Assembly: GCA_963675785.1 (NCBI GenBank)
Contig: OY776562.1
Span: 800,001-864,000 of the forward strand
Direction of reading: 5' to 3'
Source of the DNA: Anaerolineae bacterium
Lineage (GTDB): Bacteria > Chloroflexota > Anaerolineae > UBA1429
DNA length: 64,000 bases
Below are positions 38,853-49,023 of this stretch, piece by piece (position 1 is the first letter of the stretch; each line of letters starts with the position of its first letter). A program made the position numbers and the translations under genes. The notes beneath the pieces were generated by a model, which worked only from the letters and a program-made list of their open reading frames with translations, was not told the DNA's origin and made no database searches.

Positions 38853-40925
38853 ATGAGCACATTCGACCTATCTAAAATTCGCAATATCGGAATCATTGCC
38901 CACATTGATGCGGGTAAAACCACAACAACTGAGCGGATTCTATTCCATACAGGTCTTACACATCGCTTGGGGAATGTCGATGACGGCAATACGACGACTG
39001 ACTTTATGGACCAGGAGCGTGAGCGCGGCATTACCATTCAGTCTGCGGCGATAACCTGCACCTGGGACGGACATCAGATCAACATTATTGATACCCCAGG
39101 CCATATCGACTTTACTGCTGAGGTTCAGCGTGCGCTTCGTGTGCTGGATGGCGGTGTAGTCGCTTTTGACGGTGTTTCTGGCGTCGAACCTCAATCCGAG
39201 ACGGTGTGGCATCAGGCGGATCGTTATAACGTTCCCCGCATGTGCTTTGTAAACAAAATGGACCGCATAGGCGCCGATATGGACAAGACGGTCAAGATGA
39301 TCAAGGATCGCCTGGGCGCGCATCCCGTCGTTCTACAGATGCCTATTGGCACCGAGAATGACCTGAATGGCGTGGTCGATTTTATTGATATGGTGGCCTA
39401 TTATTATGATCCCGAGGATCCCTCGGTGGAAAAAAAGGCCGAGATTCCTGCCAATCTGCTCGATGAGGCGCATGCCCGCCGAGACAAGATGCTCGAAGCC
39501 ATTGCCGACGTGGATGATGAAATCGCCATGGCATACCTCGATGGCGAAGAGATTGACCGTGACACCATTATCTCCGCATTGCGGGCAGTTACCATCGCCA
39601 ACAAGGCCGTTCCTGTGTTGTGCGGCACGGCGCTACGCAATGTGGGCATTCAACCTTTGCTTCGTGCTGTGGTCGATTTGCTGCCTTCACCGTTGGACTT
39701 GGAACCCATGAAGGGTGAATCCGTACTGACGGGTGAAGAGGTCGAGTGTTTGCCAGATGTGAACGAGCCTTTTGCCGGCCTCGTCTTTAAAATCATGAGC
39801 GATCCCTTTGTGGGCAAGCTCGCCTTTGTGCGCGTCTATTCCGGCGTGCTGCGTCGCGGTGAAACCATCGTTGATGCGAACACGGGCAAAAAGGAACGCA
39901 TTGGGCGCTTGGTGCGCATGCACGCCGATCACCGTGAAGAGGTTGAAGAGATTTTTGCCGGCGATATCGGTGCTGTTCTTGGCCTCAAGAACGCCGTAAC
40001 TGGTCATAGCATCACTGATGAATCGTTGCCCGTAGTGATGGAGAACATCACCTTCCCCAATCCGGTCATCGAGGTTTCGATTGCTCCGCGCAAGCGTGAG
40101 GATCAGGACAGGCTTGGTATCGCTTTGCAGCGCCTTTCTGAGGAAGACCCCACTTTGCAGGTACATACGGATGAGCGTACCGATGAGACGGTCATTGCTG
40201 GCATGGGTGAACTTCACCTGGATGTGGTTGTTGACCGCATCCGCCGCGAATTCAAAGTAGAAGTCGACTGCGGCGCTCCCAAGGTAGCTTATTTCGAGAC
40301 GATCACTCGCGCTGTAAGTGTTGAAGGGCGTTTGGTCAAGCAGACCGGCGGCCACGGACAATTTGCAGTGGTTCAAATTGAGTTTGAGCCTGGAGAACCG
40401 GGAACAGGTCTCGTGTATGAGAGCAAGATCTTTGGTGGCGCGATTCCCAAGGAATATATCCCCGCGGTCGAAAAGGGCCTGCGTAGTGCGCTGGCTGAAG
40501 GTCCCCTGGCTGGCCAGCCTATTACTGACATCAAAGCGACTCTTGTTGATGGCAAGTTCCACGAAGTGGACTCGTCAGAGCGGGCCTTTGAGGGTGCTGG
40601 CGCTATCGCCTTGCGTAATGCCATGGGGCGCGGTGCAGCCGTGCTGCTAGAGCCCATTATGTCTGTTGATGTCGTGGCTCCTGCTGACTTTACCGGTGAT
40701 GTCATTGGTGAACTCAGTGGGCGAGCCGGTACCATATCGGGCATCGAACCGCGGAGCACGGGCGTACAGACCGTTCGAGCCGAAGTGCCTTTGGCGCGTA
40801 TGTTTGGCTTTGCTACCAGCCTTCGTTCTGCAACGCAAGGGCGCGGCACATTTACCATGGAGTTCACTCGCTACCAGCAGGTCAGTGAGGAAACTCGCAA
40901 GGAAATGGCCAAGAACGTCGCCTGA
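38853..40925 (+). CDS. fusA: Elongation factor G, stand-alone copy outside the str operon
   Basis: [55 protein letters not shown]; no rpsL, rpsG or tuf adjacent. Confidence 0.95.
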   Translation: MSTFDLSKIRNIGIIAHIDAGKTTTTERILFHTGLTHRLGNVDDGNTTTDFMDQERERGITIQSAAITCTWDGHQINIIDTPGHIDFTAEVQRALRVLDGGVVAFDGVSGVEPQSETVWHQADRYNVPRMCFVNKMDRIGADMDKTVKMIKDRLGAHPVVLQMPIGTENDLNGVVDFIDMVAYYYDPEDPSVEKKAEIPANLLDEAHARRDKMLEAIADVDDEIAMAYLDGEEIDRDTIISALRAVTIANKAVPVLCGTALRNVGIQPLLRAVVDLLPSPLDLEPMKGESVLTGEEVECLPDVNEPFAGLVFKIMSDPFVGKLAFVRVYSGVLRRGETIVDANTGKKERIGRLVRMHADHREEVEEIFAGDIGAVLGLKNAVTGHSITDESLPVVMENITFPNPVIEVSIAPRKREDQDRLGIALQRLSEEDPTLQVHTDERTDETVIAGMGELHLDVVVDRIRREFKVEVDCGAPKVAYFETITRAVSVEGRLVKQTGGHGQFAVVQIEFEPGEPGTGLVYESKIFGGAIPKEYIPAVEKGLRSALAEGPLAGQPITDIKATLVDGKFHEVDSSERAFEGAGAIALRNAMGRGAAVLLEPIMSVDVVAPADFTGDVIGELSGRAGTISGIEPRSTGVQTVRAEVPLARMFGFATSLRSATQGRGTFTMEFTRYQQVSEETRKEMAKNVA

Positions 40926-40948
40926 TTCAATTTTGCCAATATCCTCTT

Positions 40949-40981
40949 CGGGACAGACAAAGATGTCTGTCCCGTTTTTTT
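40949..40981 (+). terminator. fusA terminator
   Basis: CGGGACAGACA-AAGA-TGTCTGTCCCG followed by a T run. Confidence 0.85.
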
Positions 40982-41043
40982 ATCCCATTGACCCCAATGG
41001 CAGGGGCATCTAGAATCATGGGAGAAAGATACAGGAGGGTGGT

Positions 41044-41883
41044 ATGTCGCGGTTTGCAGTGCTCCAGCTATCGGGCTGTGCCGGATGCGAGGTCTCTTTG
41101 CTCAATGCCGAAGCCTGGGTGGGCCGTAGAGAGCTGACCTATATGCCTTTGGTGATGACCGAAGAGTCTTTGCCTGACGTGGATACGTTGCTGGTGAGTG
41201 GGGCGGTGCGTACCGATGAGGACCATTACCGCCTTTTGGAGGCCGTTGAACATGCTGGCGAAGTAATCGCTGTGGGCACATGCGCTATATCCGGCGGTGT
41301 TGCCAACCTGGGTGATCGCGATGAGGTGCGTAATCGCTTTTTCGCTCAAACAGAGCGCCGCCATGTTCCCCGATTGCTGCCATGTCCTCATCCGGTGGAT
41401 TCTACGGTCGCAGTGGATCGCTACTTGCCGGGCTGCCCGCCAACACCACGCCTGTTTATGGCCGCATTGTTCGAATCTGAGGCCTTTGTCCCCGCCAAGA
41501 CCGTTTGCATCGATTGTGGCCGCACCAAGACCCGCGACCGTCCCAGTAAACTCGTGCCTTTTCAGGCGGGTACCGTCATCGATCCCGATGTTTGCCTCAT
41601 CAATCAGGGCTTTCTTTGCATAGGTTCTTCGACGCGAGGTGGTTGCGGCGCGCCTTGTACCCGGGCTGGCCATCCTTGCGTCGGTTGCCGGGGCCCCTCA
41701 GATGGTTTTATCTCACGTTCTTCTGAAGAGTGGTTCCAGGCTATTCAGCGCGTGTTTGCCAAGATGACTGACATCGACGCCTTTGTCATCGACAGGGCTT
41801 TGCGCTCGCCGCAGTTGGCACTGTTTGTGTTCCAGTTTGCGGACTACACCGGCACCCTAAGAGACAAGGAGAAGGTACTCTAA
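41044..41883 (+). CDS. Group 3 [NiFe]-hydrogenase small subunit (MvhG/HyhS-like)
   Basis: GCAGC, GTCA..GG, PGCPP, CIDC, CL..QG.LC.G, C...C....PC.GCRG. Confidence 0.9.
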   Translation: MSRFAVLQLSGCAGCEVSLLNAEAWVGRRELTYMPLVMTEESLPDVDTLLVSGAVRTDEDHYRLLEAVEHAGEVIAVGTCAISGGVANLGDRDEVRNRFFAQTERRHVPRLLPCPHPVDSTVAVDRYLPGCPPTPRLFMAALFESEAFVPAKTVCIDCGRTKTRDRPSKLVPFQAGTVIDPDVCLINQGFLCIGSSTRGGCGAPCTRAGHPCVGCRGPSDGFISRSSEEWFQAIQRVFAKMTDIDAFVIDRALRSPQLALFVFQFADYTGTLRDKEKVL

Positions 41884-43184
41884 TGCCATCTATCACTTTC
41901 CCCTTGAGTCGAATCGAAGGCCATGCGCAGGTGCGAGTAACCTATACTGGCGGTGTGGTGCATTCCGCGCATTTTCAATCAACCGAGTTGCGCGGGTTCG
42001 AATTTTTCTGTCAGGGTGCCCCGGCTGAGCAAATGCCGGTGATCGTACCGCGCATTTGCGGGGTTTGCTCTACGGCACACCATGTGGCTTCTGTCAAGGC
42101 CCTGGAGAGCGTCTATGGCGTCATTCCGCCAGAAAAGGCCATCCGCATTCGCGAGCTAATGATGCTGGGCCAGCTCATCCAGAATCAGGCCACTTCGTTG
42201 TTTCTGTTCACCATGCCTGATCTGGGTGGTGACGTGGGCATTCCCAGCATGTTCCACTTTGGTGCCGAAGACGCCGAGTTGGCCCCCAAAGCGCTGACTG
42301 TGCGCAAAGCGGGCACCGATCTGATTACCCTGGCTGGCGGGCAGTTTATCCATCCTGTGCGTGCAGTGATAGGTGGCGTTACCAGCGGTATTCCCCATGT
42401 CGCCGCCGATGCTTTGCGTCAGCAATTGCTGGCCGCGCTGCCCATGGCTCAGGAACTCGTGGAGCGTTACTGGGAGCTTTTTATCAAGCTCAAAGACCGC
42501 ATCCACACGTTGGGCGATGATACGCCCACCAGCTATTTGGCGGCGGTGAACCCCGGCCACGGCTTTTACGGTGACACGATTTACGTCTTTGATCGCGATG
42601 GCTCCCAGAGTGTGGCCTTTGCCCCCTGTGAATATCAGAAACACTTGGACATTGTGCCCATCTCGATGAGCTATGCCGACGGCACGCTCTATCACGGCGA
42701 GATGCTTCGGGCCAACTCGCTGGCGCGCATGAACATTCTGCCGTACCCCGGCACGCCTTTGGCCGATGCCTACACGAAACGCTTTTTGGAGGAATGGGGG
42801 TACCCGGCACACGCCATACTGCTGTTCGACCTGGCCCGCTGCATTGAGCTGGTGTACAGCCTGGAAAAGGCCTGCGAGCTGCTGGAGCTCGATCTCGAAA
42901 GGGGTGACCTCAAGGCGCCGTACACTCCGGTTGATGGACAGGGCTGCGGCTGCGTAGAAGCCCCGCGCGGCCCACTCATCCACCATTACGAGGTGCAAGA
43001 TGGGCTCATCACCAAGTCCAAGTTCCTCATCCCCACGCAGCACAACATTTTTGCCATCGAGCACGCACTCAAGATAGCGGCCCAGCGCTACATCTCGGAG
43101 GAGGGCATCAGCCCCGAGCTGGAACGGGCTGTGGGCAGGGTGGTACGCGCCTTTGACCCCTGCATTGCCTGCGCTACTCATTAG
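41883..43184 (+). CDS. Group 3 [NiFe]-hydrogenase large subunit (MvhA/HyhL-like)
   Basis: RIEGH, RGFE, RICGVC (L1), EAPRG.L.H, DPCIACATH* (L2). Confidence 0.93.
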   Translation: MPSITFPLSRIEGHAQVRVTYTGGVVHSAHFQSTELRGFEFFCQGAPAEQMPVIVPRICGVCSTAHHVASVKALESVYGVIPPEKAIRIRELMMLGQLIQNQATSLFLFTMPDLGGDVGIPSMFHFGAEDAELAPKALTVRKAGTDLITLAGGQFIHPVRAVIGGVTSGIPHVAADALRQQLLAALPMAQELVERYWELFIKLKDRIHTLGDDTPTSYLAAVNPGHGFYGDTIYVFDRDGSQSVAFAPCEYQKHLDIVPISMSYADGTLYHGEMLRANSLARMNILPYPGTPLADAYTKRFLEEWGYPAHAILLFDLARCIELVYSLEKACELLELDLERGDLKAPYTPVDGQGCGCVEAPRGPLIHHYEVQDGLITKSKFLIPTQHNIFAIEHALKIAAQRYISEEGISPELERAVGRVVRAFDPCIACATH

Positions 43185-43216
43185 AGAGTATAGACTTGTT
43201 ATAGAGTATATTGATT

Positions 43217-43252
43217 AGGGGATAGTGAGGATACTCGCTATCCCCTGTTTTT
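43217..43252 (+). terminator. Hydrogenase terminator
   Basis: AGGGGATAGTGAG-GATA-CTCGCTATCCCCT followed by GTTTTT. Confidence 0.75.
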
Positions 43253-43296
43253 ATGGGCCTATTTTGTCCCCACCGATGTTATAGTGGATATACTCA

Positions 43297-45609
43297 CTAT
43301 AACAAGTTACGCTTGAGCAGGAGGCCAACAGTCTCGGCGCTGCCGTACATGTCGTGGGAGAACTCTTTGCCATGGCCGGGTCCGGGTTCGGGGGCCTGCA
43401 GCAGCCTCTCGAATTTGGCGCGCCAACCGATGTTGAGAATGCGCAAGTGTTCCTCATCCTGGGCGATGGTAGCGCCGTTGACTTCGGCCATGAGCAGAAC
43501 GCCCAGTTGACGGATGGCCTGAGATGCCGGACAGGATGTGTAACGCCAGTCTTGCCATTCTTCTCGCCAGGTGTCGTTGTTGAGGAAGGTAACAGCCTTG
43601 CCGATGGCCTCGGGCAGACGCTTGTCGCCAGTGATGCGGTAGTACTGGGCGATGCCATTGATCATGATGGAAGTGATGAACCCTGCCATGCCGGTGTGTT
43701 TGACATGCTTGCAGGTGCAATGATCGGGGGCCATGGGCTGACGCAGCCAACCACCGCAGACGGGATCCTGGTCGTCGAGAGCATCTTGGACGAGCACACC
43801 AGCGGCAGCCAAATAGGAGGGATTCTGATCGAGTTCATAGGCGCAGACCAGCGCCAACAAGGGCCAGCCCACAATACGACCGGCGTGGGTGCCGCCGATG
43901 AAACTGTACTTGCGATCCATGACCAACTCGGTGAGGTTATCGGCGATTTGCTGCACGGTTTCCTTGACATAAGGATCACCAGTCAAAAAGTAGTGCTGCA
44001 CCATACCGCGGGTAAAGACGTGGCCGAGATCAAAAGGGCCAAGGCAGAGATAAGGATGGGGGTTTGCGCCAGCATCTTCAACGCGCTTGGAAATGAACAA
44101 ATCCTCGATCGTCTTGTAAGAGTAAAAGCTGCCCACGTGGCCCACTGAGTGTTCCTGCACCATGCCGGGGCGCGAGACATAGCCCTTGGGGCGGAACTGT
44201 TCGAACCAGTCATCCAGCTCTTGAGTCAGGCTGTGCACGGTATCGACCTGGGCTGAGTGGTGGGCGGCAGCATTCGCCGTGTAGAAATACTTGGGGTCGC
44301 CTGTGCGAGCGTACATGACCAATAGCTCGTAGGTGGTGTCGTATTCGTGGTTGCCCCAGTTGACGATGCGCTCGCCGAACCAGTCTCCCCAGTTCATGGC
44401 ACCGTAATCGCGCTGGATTTCGATGGAACGCATATAGCCCTTGTATTGGGTCTCGGCCCAGGCATCATAAGGCTCAGCACCGGGGGTTCCAGCAGGAACG
44501 ATCTCTCCCCAAACGCCAGTGGCCACCGCCTCGGCAGGGTCGGCAATGACTATCAAGGGGGCATCGGCGTGTTTAGCCAGATCCTGACCATTGCCTTTCA
44601 GGTTCAGCCACACTTCCCATCCGCGAGCCTGGCCTGCGCGCAAACGATAGCAATTTTCTTTGATAAGGTACAGGTATTTGTACCAGGGTTCCATGTGATC
44701 ATAATCGCCCTTGGTAAAGGCGGGGAACAAGCCCAGGGCAACGCCATTGGCACGGGTTTCGATGCTCTTGGGCCACTGCTGCCACATTTCTTGCAGGGCG
44801 ATGCCCAGTGTGCCGCTGGAAGAAGCCAACTCGACCCACCCGGGTGCTTTGGCACCCTTGCCCTCGGCGCCCTCAAAGCGATAGCTCTCATCATCGACCT
44901 GGAAGAGGCGTACTTTGTCCTCAGTGGTGCCGCTCCAGGCGGGGTCTCCACCGATGGTTATCTTCGCGCCGTCACTGAGTGAGGTGAGCACCAGGGCAAG
45001 CTGCCTGATGTTGCACATCATGCCCTCCTCTATATCTACCACGACGAGGGGCTCTACTTTTAACAGGGGGCTGTTGGCGTAGGCGGATACGCGGAGACGA
45101 AAGCCGAATACACGCTTGCGGTCGGGCCGGTAGAAATTGCCCTGCAGGACAATGGTGGTGCGCTGACTACCAGCCGTCTCGACGCGCGTCCACTCGGCAG
45201 AGGCCAAGCAGGGCGTGCCATCGTCCAGGATGAGGGTCAGCATGACGTCGTAGCGATCATCGATGCGCAGCAGGGCATTTTGGTGAGGGGCGATGGATAG
45301 GCGATCGGCCAGGACGGGGATATCCTGGTCATTTTCCTTTTGCCCAGCATTGAGCTGTACCAGCTTGAACTCGGTGGTGGTATTTGCGGCGGGTGCGGCC
45401 TCAAAATCCAGCAAAACCCATTTGCTGCTGCCATCGGGCCACTGACCGAGGACGGTGGTTTGCAGCTCTACAGGCTTGCCTTGGGCATCCTGCAAGCCAA
45501 AGATAGCATCTGCGCGTGCTTCTCCCTGTGAAAAAGGGATACCGCCGGATACGGGGCGGGCCATAGAGAGGCCGGCGGCCTCAACGATCCGTACAGTGCG
45601 TGAATTCAT
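43297..45609 (-). CDS. PcRGLX/YetA-like protein (exo-rhamnogalacturonan lyase family-like)
   Basis: PVSGGIPF..G, WPDGS.KW, WQQWPK, YG.MNWGD, WGN.EYD, alpha/alpha toroid C-terminus. Confidence 0.7.
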   Translation of the reverse strand: MNSRTVRIVEAAGLSMARPVSGGIPFSQGEARADAIFGLQDAQGKPVELQTTVLGQWPDGSSKWVLLDFEAAPAANTTTEFKLVQLNAGQKENDQDIPVLADRLSIAPHQNALLRIDDRYDVMLTLILDDGTPCLASAEWTRVETAGSQRTTIVLQGNFYRPDRKRVFGFRLRVSAYANSPLLKVEPLVVVDIEEGMMCNIRQLALVLTSLSDGAKITIGGDPAWSGTTEDKVRLFQVDDESYRFEGAEGKGAKAPGWVELASSSGTLGIALQEMWQQWPKSIETRANGVALGLFPAFTKGDYDHMEPWYKYLYLIKENCYRLRAGQARGWEVWLNLKGNGQDLAKHADAPLIVIADPAEAVATGVWGEIVPAGTPGAEPYDAWAETQYKGYMRSIEIQRDYGAMNWGDWFGERIVNWGNHEYDTTYELLVMYARTGDPKYFYTANAAAHHSAQVDTVHSLTQELDDWFEQFRPKGYVSRPGMVQEHSVGHVGSFYSYKTIEDLFISKRVEDAGANPHPYLCLGPFDLGHVFTRGMVQHYFLTGDPYVKETVQQIADNLTELVMDRKYSFIGGTHAGRIVGWPLLALVCAYELDQNPSYLAAAGVLVQDALDDQDPVCGGWLRQPMAPDHCTCKHVKHTGMAGFITSIMINGIAQYYRITGDKRLPEAIGKAVTFLNNDTWREEWQDWRYTSCPASQAIRQLGVLLMAEVNGATIAQDEEHLRILNIGWRAKFERLLQAPEPGPGHGKEFSHDMYGSAETVGLLLKRNLL

Positions 45610-45636
45610 GATACCTCCATCAATGCCATAAGATAG

Positions 45637-46161
45637 TTAGGAGCCGTGAATATAGGTGGCTATAACGCGCGCCAAATAAATGGTGTGCTGTTCTTCAAGG
45701 GGCCAGGAGTTAAAAGGTTCGGCCAAAAAGCCGTGGGGTGGGCGAATACGGTTATAGATGGTGCATTCGATATTGACCGGACATTCGAGGATGGCCGGTG
45801 CAGCGCAGTGTATGCCTGGAACAGGCGTCAAATTGGCACTCTGGAATTTGTCTTCATTGCGGCCCGAGTGTGTTCCGCAAATGCGCAGCGCCTCGCCCAT
45901 CAACTCGGTGGGAATGGCGATACAAAAATCGTTGGTTTCTTCCAAGAGCTGCCAGGAAAATCGGCGCGGCGATACGGCGATGGCGATAATGGGGTCGGTG
46001 CCGTAATGTGGGCCGAGCAGGCACCAACCGAGGGTTAGGGCGTTGGGGCGACCGTGGGTATCCTCGTTGCCATCCATGGTGCAGAGTATACCGCCGTGGC
46101 GTGCTCGATCGAGCAGATCGGGAACGTGGTCCCAAAAATCAGACAATATCATTTCACTCAA
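45637..46161 (-). CDS. Flavin reductase family protein
   Basis: N.LT.GW, CGT.SGR..DKF, P.I.EC...IEC, HTIY. Confidence 0.85.
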   Translation of the reverse strand: MSEMILSDFWDHVPDLLDRARHGGILCTMDGNEDTHGRPNALTLGWCLLGPHYGTDPIIAIAVSPRRFSWQLLEETNDFCIAIPTELMGEALRICGTHSGRNEDKFQSANLTPVPGIHCAAPAILECPVNIECTIYNRIRPPHGFLAEPFNSWPLEEQHTIYLARVIATYIHGS

Positions 46162-46231
46162 GGCCTATCTCCTTACGAACGCCGCTCGGGGACGCGTTCG
46201 GGCAGAGTATAGTGCCATGCAAAAAGGTTGT

Positions 46232-47458
46232 CTATGCTGTCAAGGCAGCGGATTCTCCGGCAAGGGCGCCAGAGGCAAAGCAGAATTGGAGGTTGTAGCC
46301 GCCACAGGGGCCGATGACATCGAGAATTTCACCAGCGAGATAGAGATGAGTGACCCGCTGGGAGGTATAGGTGGCCGGATCCATCTCGGATAAGGGCACG
46401 CCGCCAGAGGAGAGCTGGGCCTGTTTGAAGGAACCGACACCGGTGATGGGCAGGGTGAGATTGTGCAGGCGACGGAGGGTGCGACGCAACTGTCTAGGGG
46501 TGAGGGCGCTCATCGGCACGGTCTCATCCAGACCTTCGAGCTGGAGGATGAGGGGCGGCACGCGCGGGGGCAGCGCGGTGAGCAGCATGGTGGCCAGCGG
46601 CAGGGGCGTGTGGGCGCGCGACAGAACATAGTTCTCGAATTCGTCGGACTGGTCGGGCAGCAGGTCAATGACGGCGCGCAGATTGGCGCCCTGGTTAGCG
46701 GTGACATGATGGGAGAGGTTCATGGCGGCGGGGCCGTTGAGGCCATAGCGCGAAAAGATCATGTTGCCGTATTCAGCGGCGAGCTGCTGGTCATCCCGCC
46801 AGATGGAGAGGTTGACATCGAGGCGCACGCCCAGCAGGGCTTTGACAATACCATAGTCAACCTGAATGGGGGCCAGGGCCGGGCGAACCTCGTGGATGGT
46901 GTGCCCCAAGCGGGCCAGCTCACTGAGCAGGCTGCCCCGCGAGCCCAGAGCAGGGTAGGCTTTGCCGCCGGGGCAAAGGATGACGCGGTCGAAGGCATAC
47001 TGGGCGTTTCGATCTGGCGTGAACAGGGTAAATCCCTCAGATTGGGGTTGCAGCCCCATAACCTGCGTGTTGGGACAAAAGATAACGCCCGCTTCGTCCA
47101 GGGCGGCTTCCAAGAGACTCACCACCGATGCCGCCGAATCGGAGAGCGGGTAGCACCAACCATCGGCGGTGGCGTGGGTGAGGATGCCCCATTGAGCCAT
47201 CTTTTCCAGGAGCCAGGCGGGGCCGTGTTCGGCAAAAAGGGGCTCCAAAAGGGCCTGATCCTCACAGGTGTAGGCAGCGGGACTGGCGTTGGTGTTGGAG
47301 AGGTTGCAGCGCCCATTGCCGGTAACGAGCAGTTTACGGCCGATGCGTTCGTTGGTATCGAATAAGGTAACACGAGCACCGCGTTCGGCAGCCGCAAGGG
47401 CGGCAGCAATACCGGCCGGGCCAGCGCCGACTATGCCGATGGTTGGCGTAGGGCTCAC
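46232..47458 (-). CDS. HI0933/YhiN/BaiN family flavoprotein
   Basis: GAGPAG, GRKLL.TGNGRCN, GG.AYP.LGS, GEILDV.G.CGGYNLQ. Confidence 0.92.
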   Translation of the reverse strand: MSPTPTIGIVGAGPAGIAAALAAAERGARVTLFDTNERIGRKLLVTGNGRCNLSNTNASPAAYTCEDQALLEPLFAEHGPAWLLEKMAQWGILTHATADGWCYPLSDSAASVVSLLEAALDEAGVIFCPNTQVMGLQPQSEGFTLFTPDRNAQYAFDRVILCPGGKAYPALGSRGSLLSELARLGHTIHEVRPALAPIQVDYGIVKALLGVRLDVNLSIWRDDQQLAAEYGNMIFSRYGLNGPAAMNLSHHVTANQGANLRAVIDLLPDQSDEFENYVLSRAHTPLPLATMLLTALPPRVPPLILQLEGLDETVPMSALTPRQLRRTLRRLHNLTLPITGVGSFKQAQLSSGGVPLSEMDPATYTSQRVTHLYLAGEILDVIGPCGGYNLQFCFASGALAGESAALTA

Positions 47459-49017
47459 GAGGCGTCTCCTTCCAGCGGGTGCACCAACTGTACAAAACGG
47501 CAGGCATCGCGGGCGCAGGTCATGATGCCGCCGGCGTAACCGGCACCTTCGCCCAGCACATACAAACCGGACAGCGATTCGGCGCAGCAGGTTTCATCGC
47601 GGGGGATGCGCAAAGGGCTACTGGTGCGGCTTTCCAGGCCAATGAGCAGGCCCTCCCTGGCAAAGCCGGGTATGGCTCGATCCCATTGAGCCAGGGCCCC
47701 TTGCAACACGGCGGCAATACGTTCGGGCAAGAGCTGATCCAACCGAGCAGAAGCGATGCCGGGCCGATAGGTAGCTACTGGCAGGTCTCGAGAGGCCCTG
47801 CTGCCAAAATCGACGGCCCGTTGAGCGGGAGCCACATAACCACCGCCACCGGCCCGATAGAAAAGACGTTCCAGATCGCGTTGGGCCTCGACGGCGGCAT
47901 CGGCATCATGACCGAGAACCTGAGGATCGATGCCAACGACGAGGGCGGCGTTAGAATAGGCGCCATCACGCTGGTGGTAGCTCATACCATTGCTCACCTG
48001 ACCCTCGGGTTCGCTGGAGGCGCAGACCACCTGACCGCCGGGACACATGCAAAAGCTAAAGGCCGAACCCAGCTCGCTATGGTAGGTCAGTTTATAATCA
48101 GCGGCGGGCAACACGTCGGCATCGGCGCCAAATTGAGCCCGATCGATGAGCTCGGCAGGATGTTCGATGCGGGTACCGAGAGCGTAAGGCTTGGGCTCCA
48201 TGACGACGCCAGCCTGCCGCAGCATACGCACCGTATCGCGGGCGCTATGACCGATGGCCAGAATGAGGGAAGTGGCCTCGTAGCGGGTACCATTGACGAC
48301 GATGGCGCGCAGGGCGCCGGAGGTGGTTTCGATACCCTCCAGACGTTGGCCAAAGAGCACCTGACCGCCGAGACGTTCGATTTCCTGACGGAGGTTGACG
48401 ACTACCTGGCGCAGTTTATCGGTGCCGATGTGGGGTTTGTTACGGTAGAGCGTCTCGGGCGGGGCGCCAAACTCGACAAAGGTCTCCAGAATGCGGTGAT
48501 CCAGGGGGTGGGCCTTGCCGGTGGTGAGCTTGCCATCGGAAAAAGTGCCAGCGCCGCCTTCACCAAACTGCATGTTGGCTTCGGGATCGAGCGTGCCTTT
48601 GGACCAGAGGTCTTCAATGGCCTCCAGACGTTGGCGTACCATTGGTCCGCGCTCGAAAACGATGGGGCGGTAGCCCTTGCGGGCCAGTTCCAGGGCGGCG
48701 AACATGCCAGCAGGGCCAAAGCCAACGATGAGGGGCTGGGCATCGAGGTGAATGACAGGTTCGACGAACAGCTCTGGCTTGAGGCGGTATTCGGTGATCT
48801 TGCCGCTGCGGAGCAGCTTTTTCAGGGCAGGGTTGTTGGGTTCGGATTCAAAGATAAGATGGTAGACATAACGTATGGCCGATTTACGACGCGCATCAAT
48901 GGCCTGACGCTCGATATATACGCGATGGGTGGCGATACCCAGCTCGTCGTAGATGAGCTGTTCAAAGGGCCGCTCGTCGTGCACTGAGACGGCCAGATTC
49001 TTGATGAGGTATTTCAT
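47455..49017 (-). CDS. FAD-dependent oxidoreductase (COG2509-like)
   Basis: GFGPAG, QFGEGGAGTFSDGKL, KPHIGTD, GHSARD, FCMCPGG, RTSSP, GEGAGYAGGI. Confidence 0.9.
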   Translation of the reverse strand: MKYLIKNLAVSVHDERPFEQLIYDELGIATHRVYIERQAIDARRKSAIRYVYHLIFESEPNNPALKKLLRSGKITEYRLKPELFVEPVIHLDAQPLIVGFGPAGMFAALELARKGYRPIVFERGPMVRQRLEAIEDLWSKGTLDPEANMQFGEGGAGTFSDGKLTTGKAHPLDHRILETFVEFGAPPETLYRNKPHIGTDKLRQVVVNLRQEIERLGGQVLFGQRLEGIETTSGALRAIVVNGTRYEATSLILAIGHSARDTVRMLRQAGVVMEPKPYALGTRIEHPAELIDRAQFGADADVLPAADYKLTYHSELGSAFSFCMCPGGQVVCASSEPEGQVSNGMSYHQRDGAYSNAALVVGIDPQVLGHDADAAVEAQRDLERLFYRAGGGGYVAPAQRAVDFGSRASRDLPVATYRPGIASARLDQLLPERIAAVLQGALAQWDRAIPGFAREGLLIGLESRTSSPLRIPRDETCCAESLSGLYVLGEGAGYAGGIMTCARDACRFVQLVHPLEGDAS

Positions 49018-49023
49018 CGTCGG

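Noticed and set aside
38853-40925. TetM/TetO ribosomal protection protein
   Set aside because: Has EF-G signatures ([22 protein letters not shown]) and EF-G length, not TetM-type TLTESLL.
41883-43184. [NiFeSe] hydrogenase or Sec readthrough
   Set aside because: All four metal ligands are Cys codons; the stop is TAG after His.
35018-48987. Long antisense ORFs (35018..36262, 37004..37780, 42156..43181, 46463..47365, 47479..48987)
   Set aside because: Shadow frames opposite well-supported genes, as expected in GC-rich DNA.
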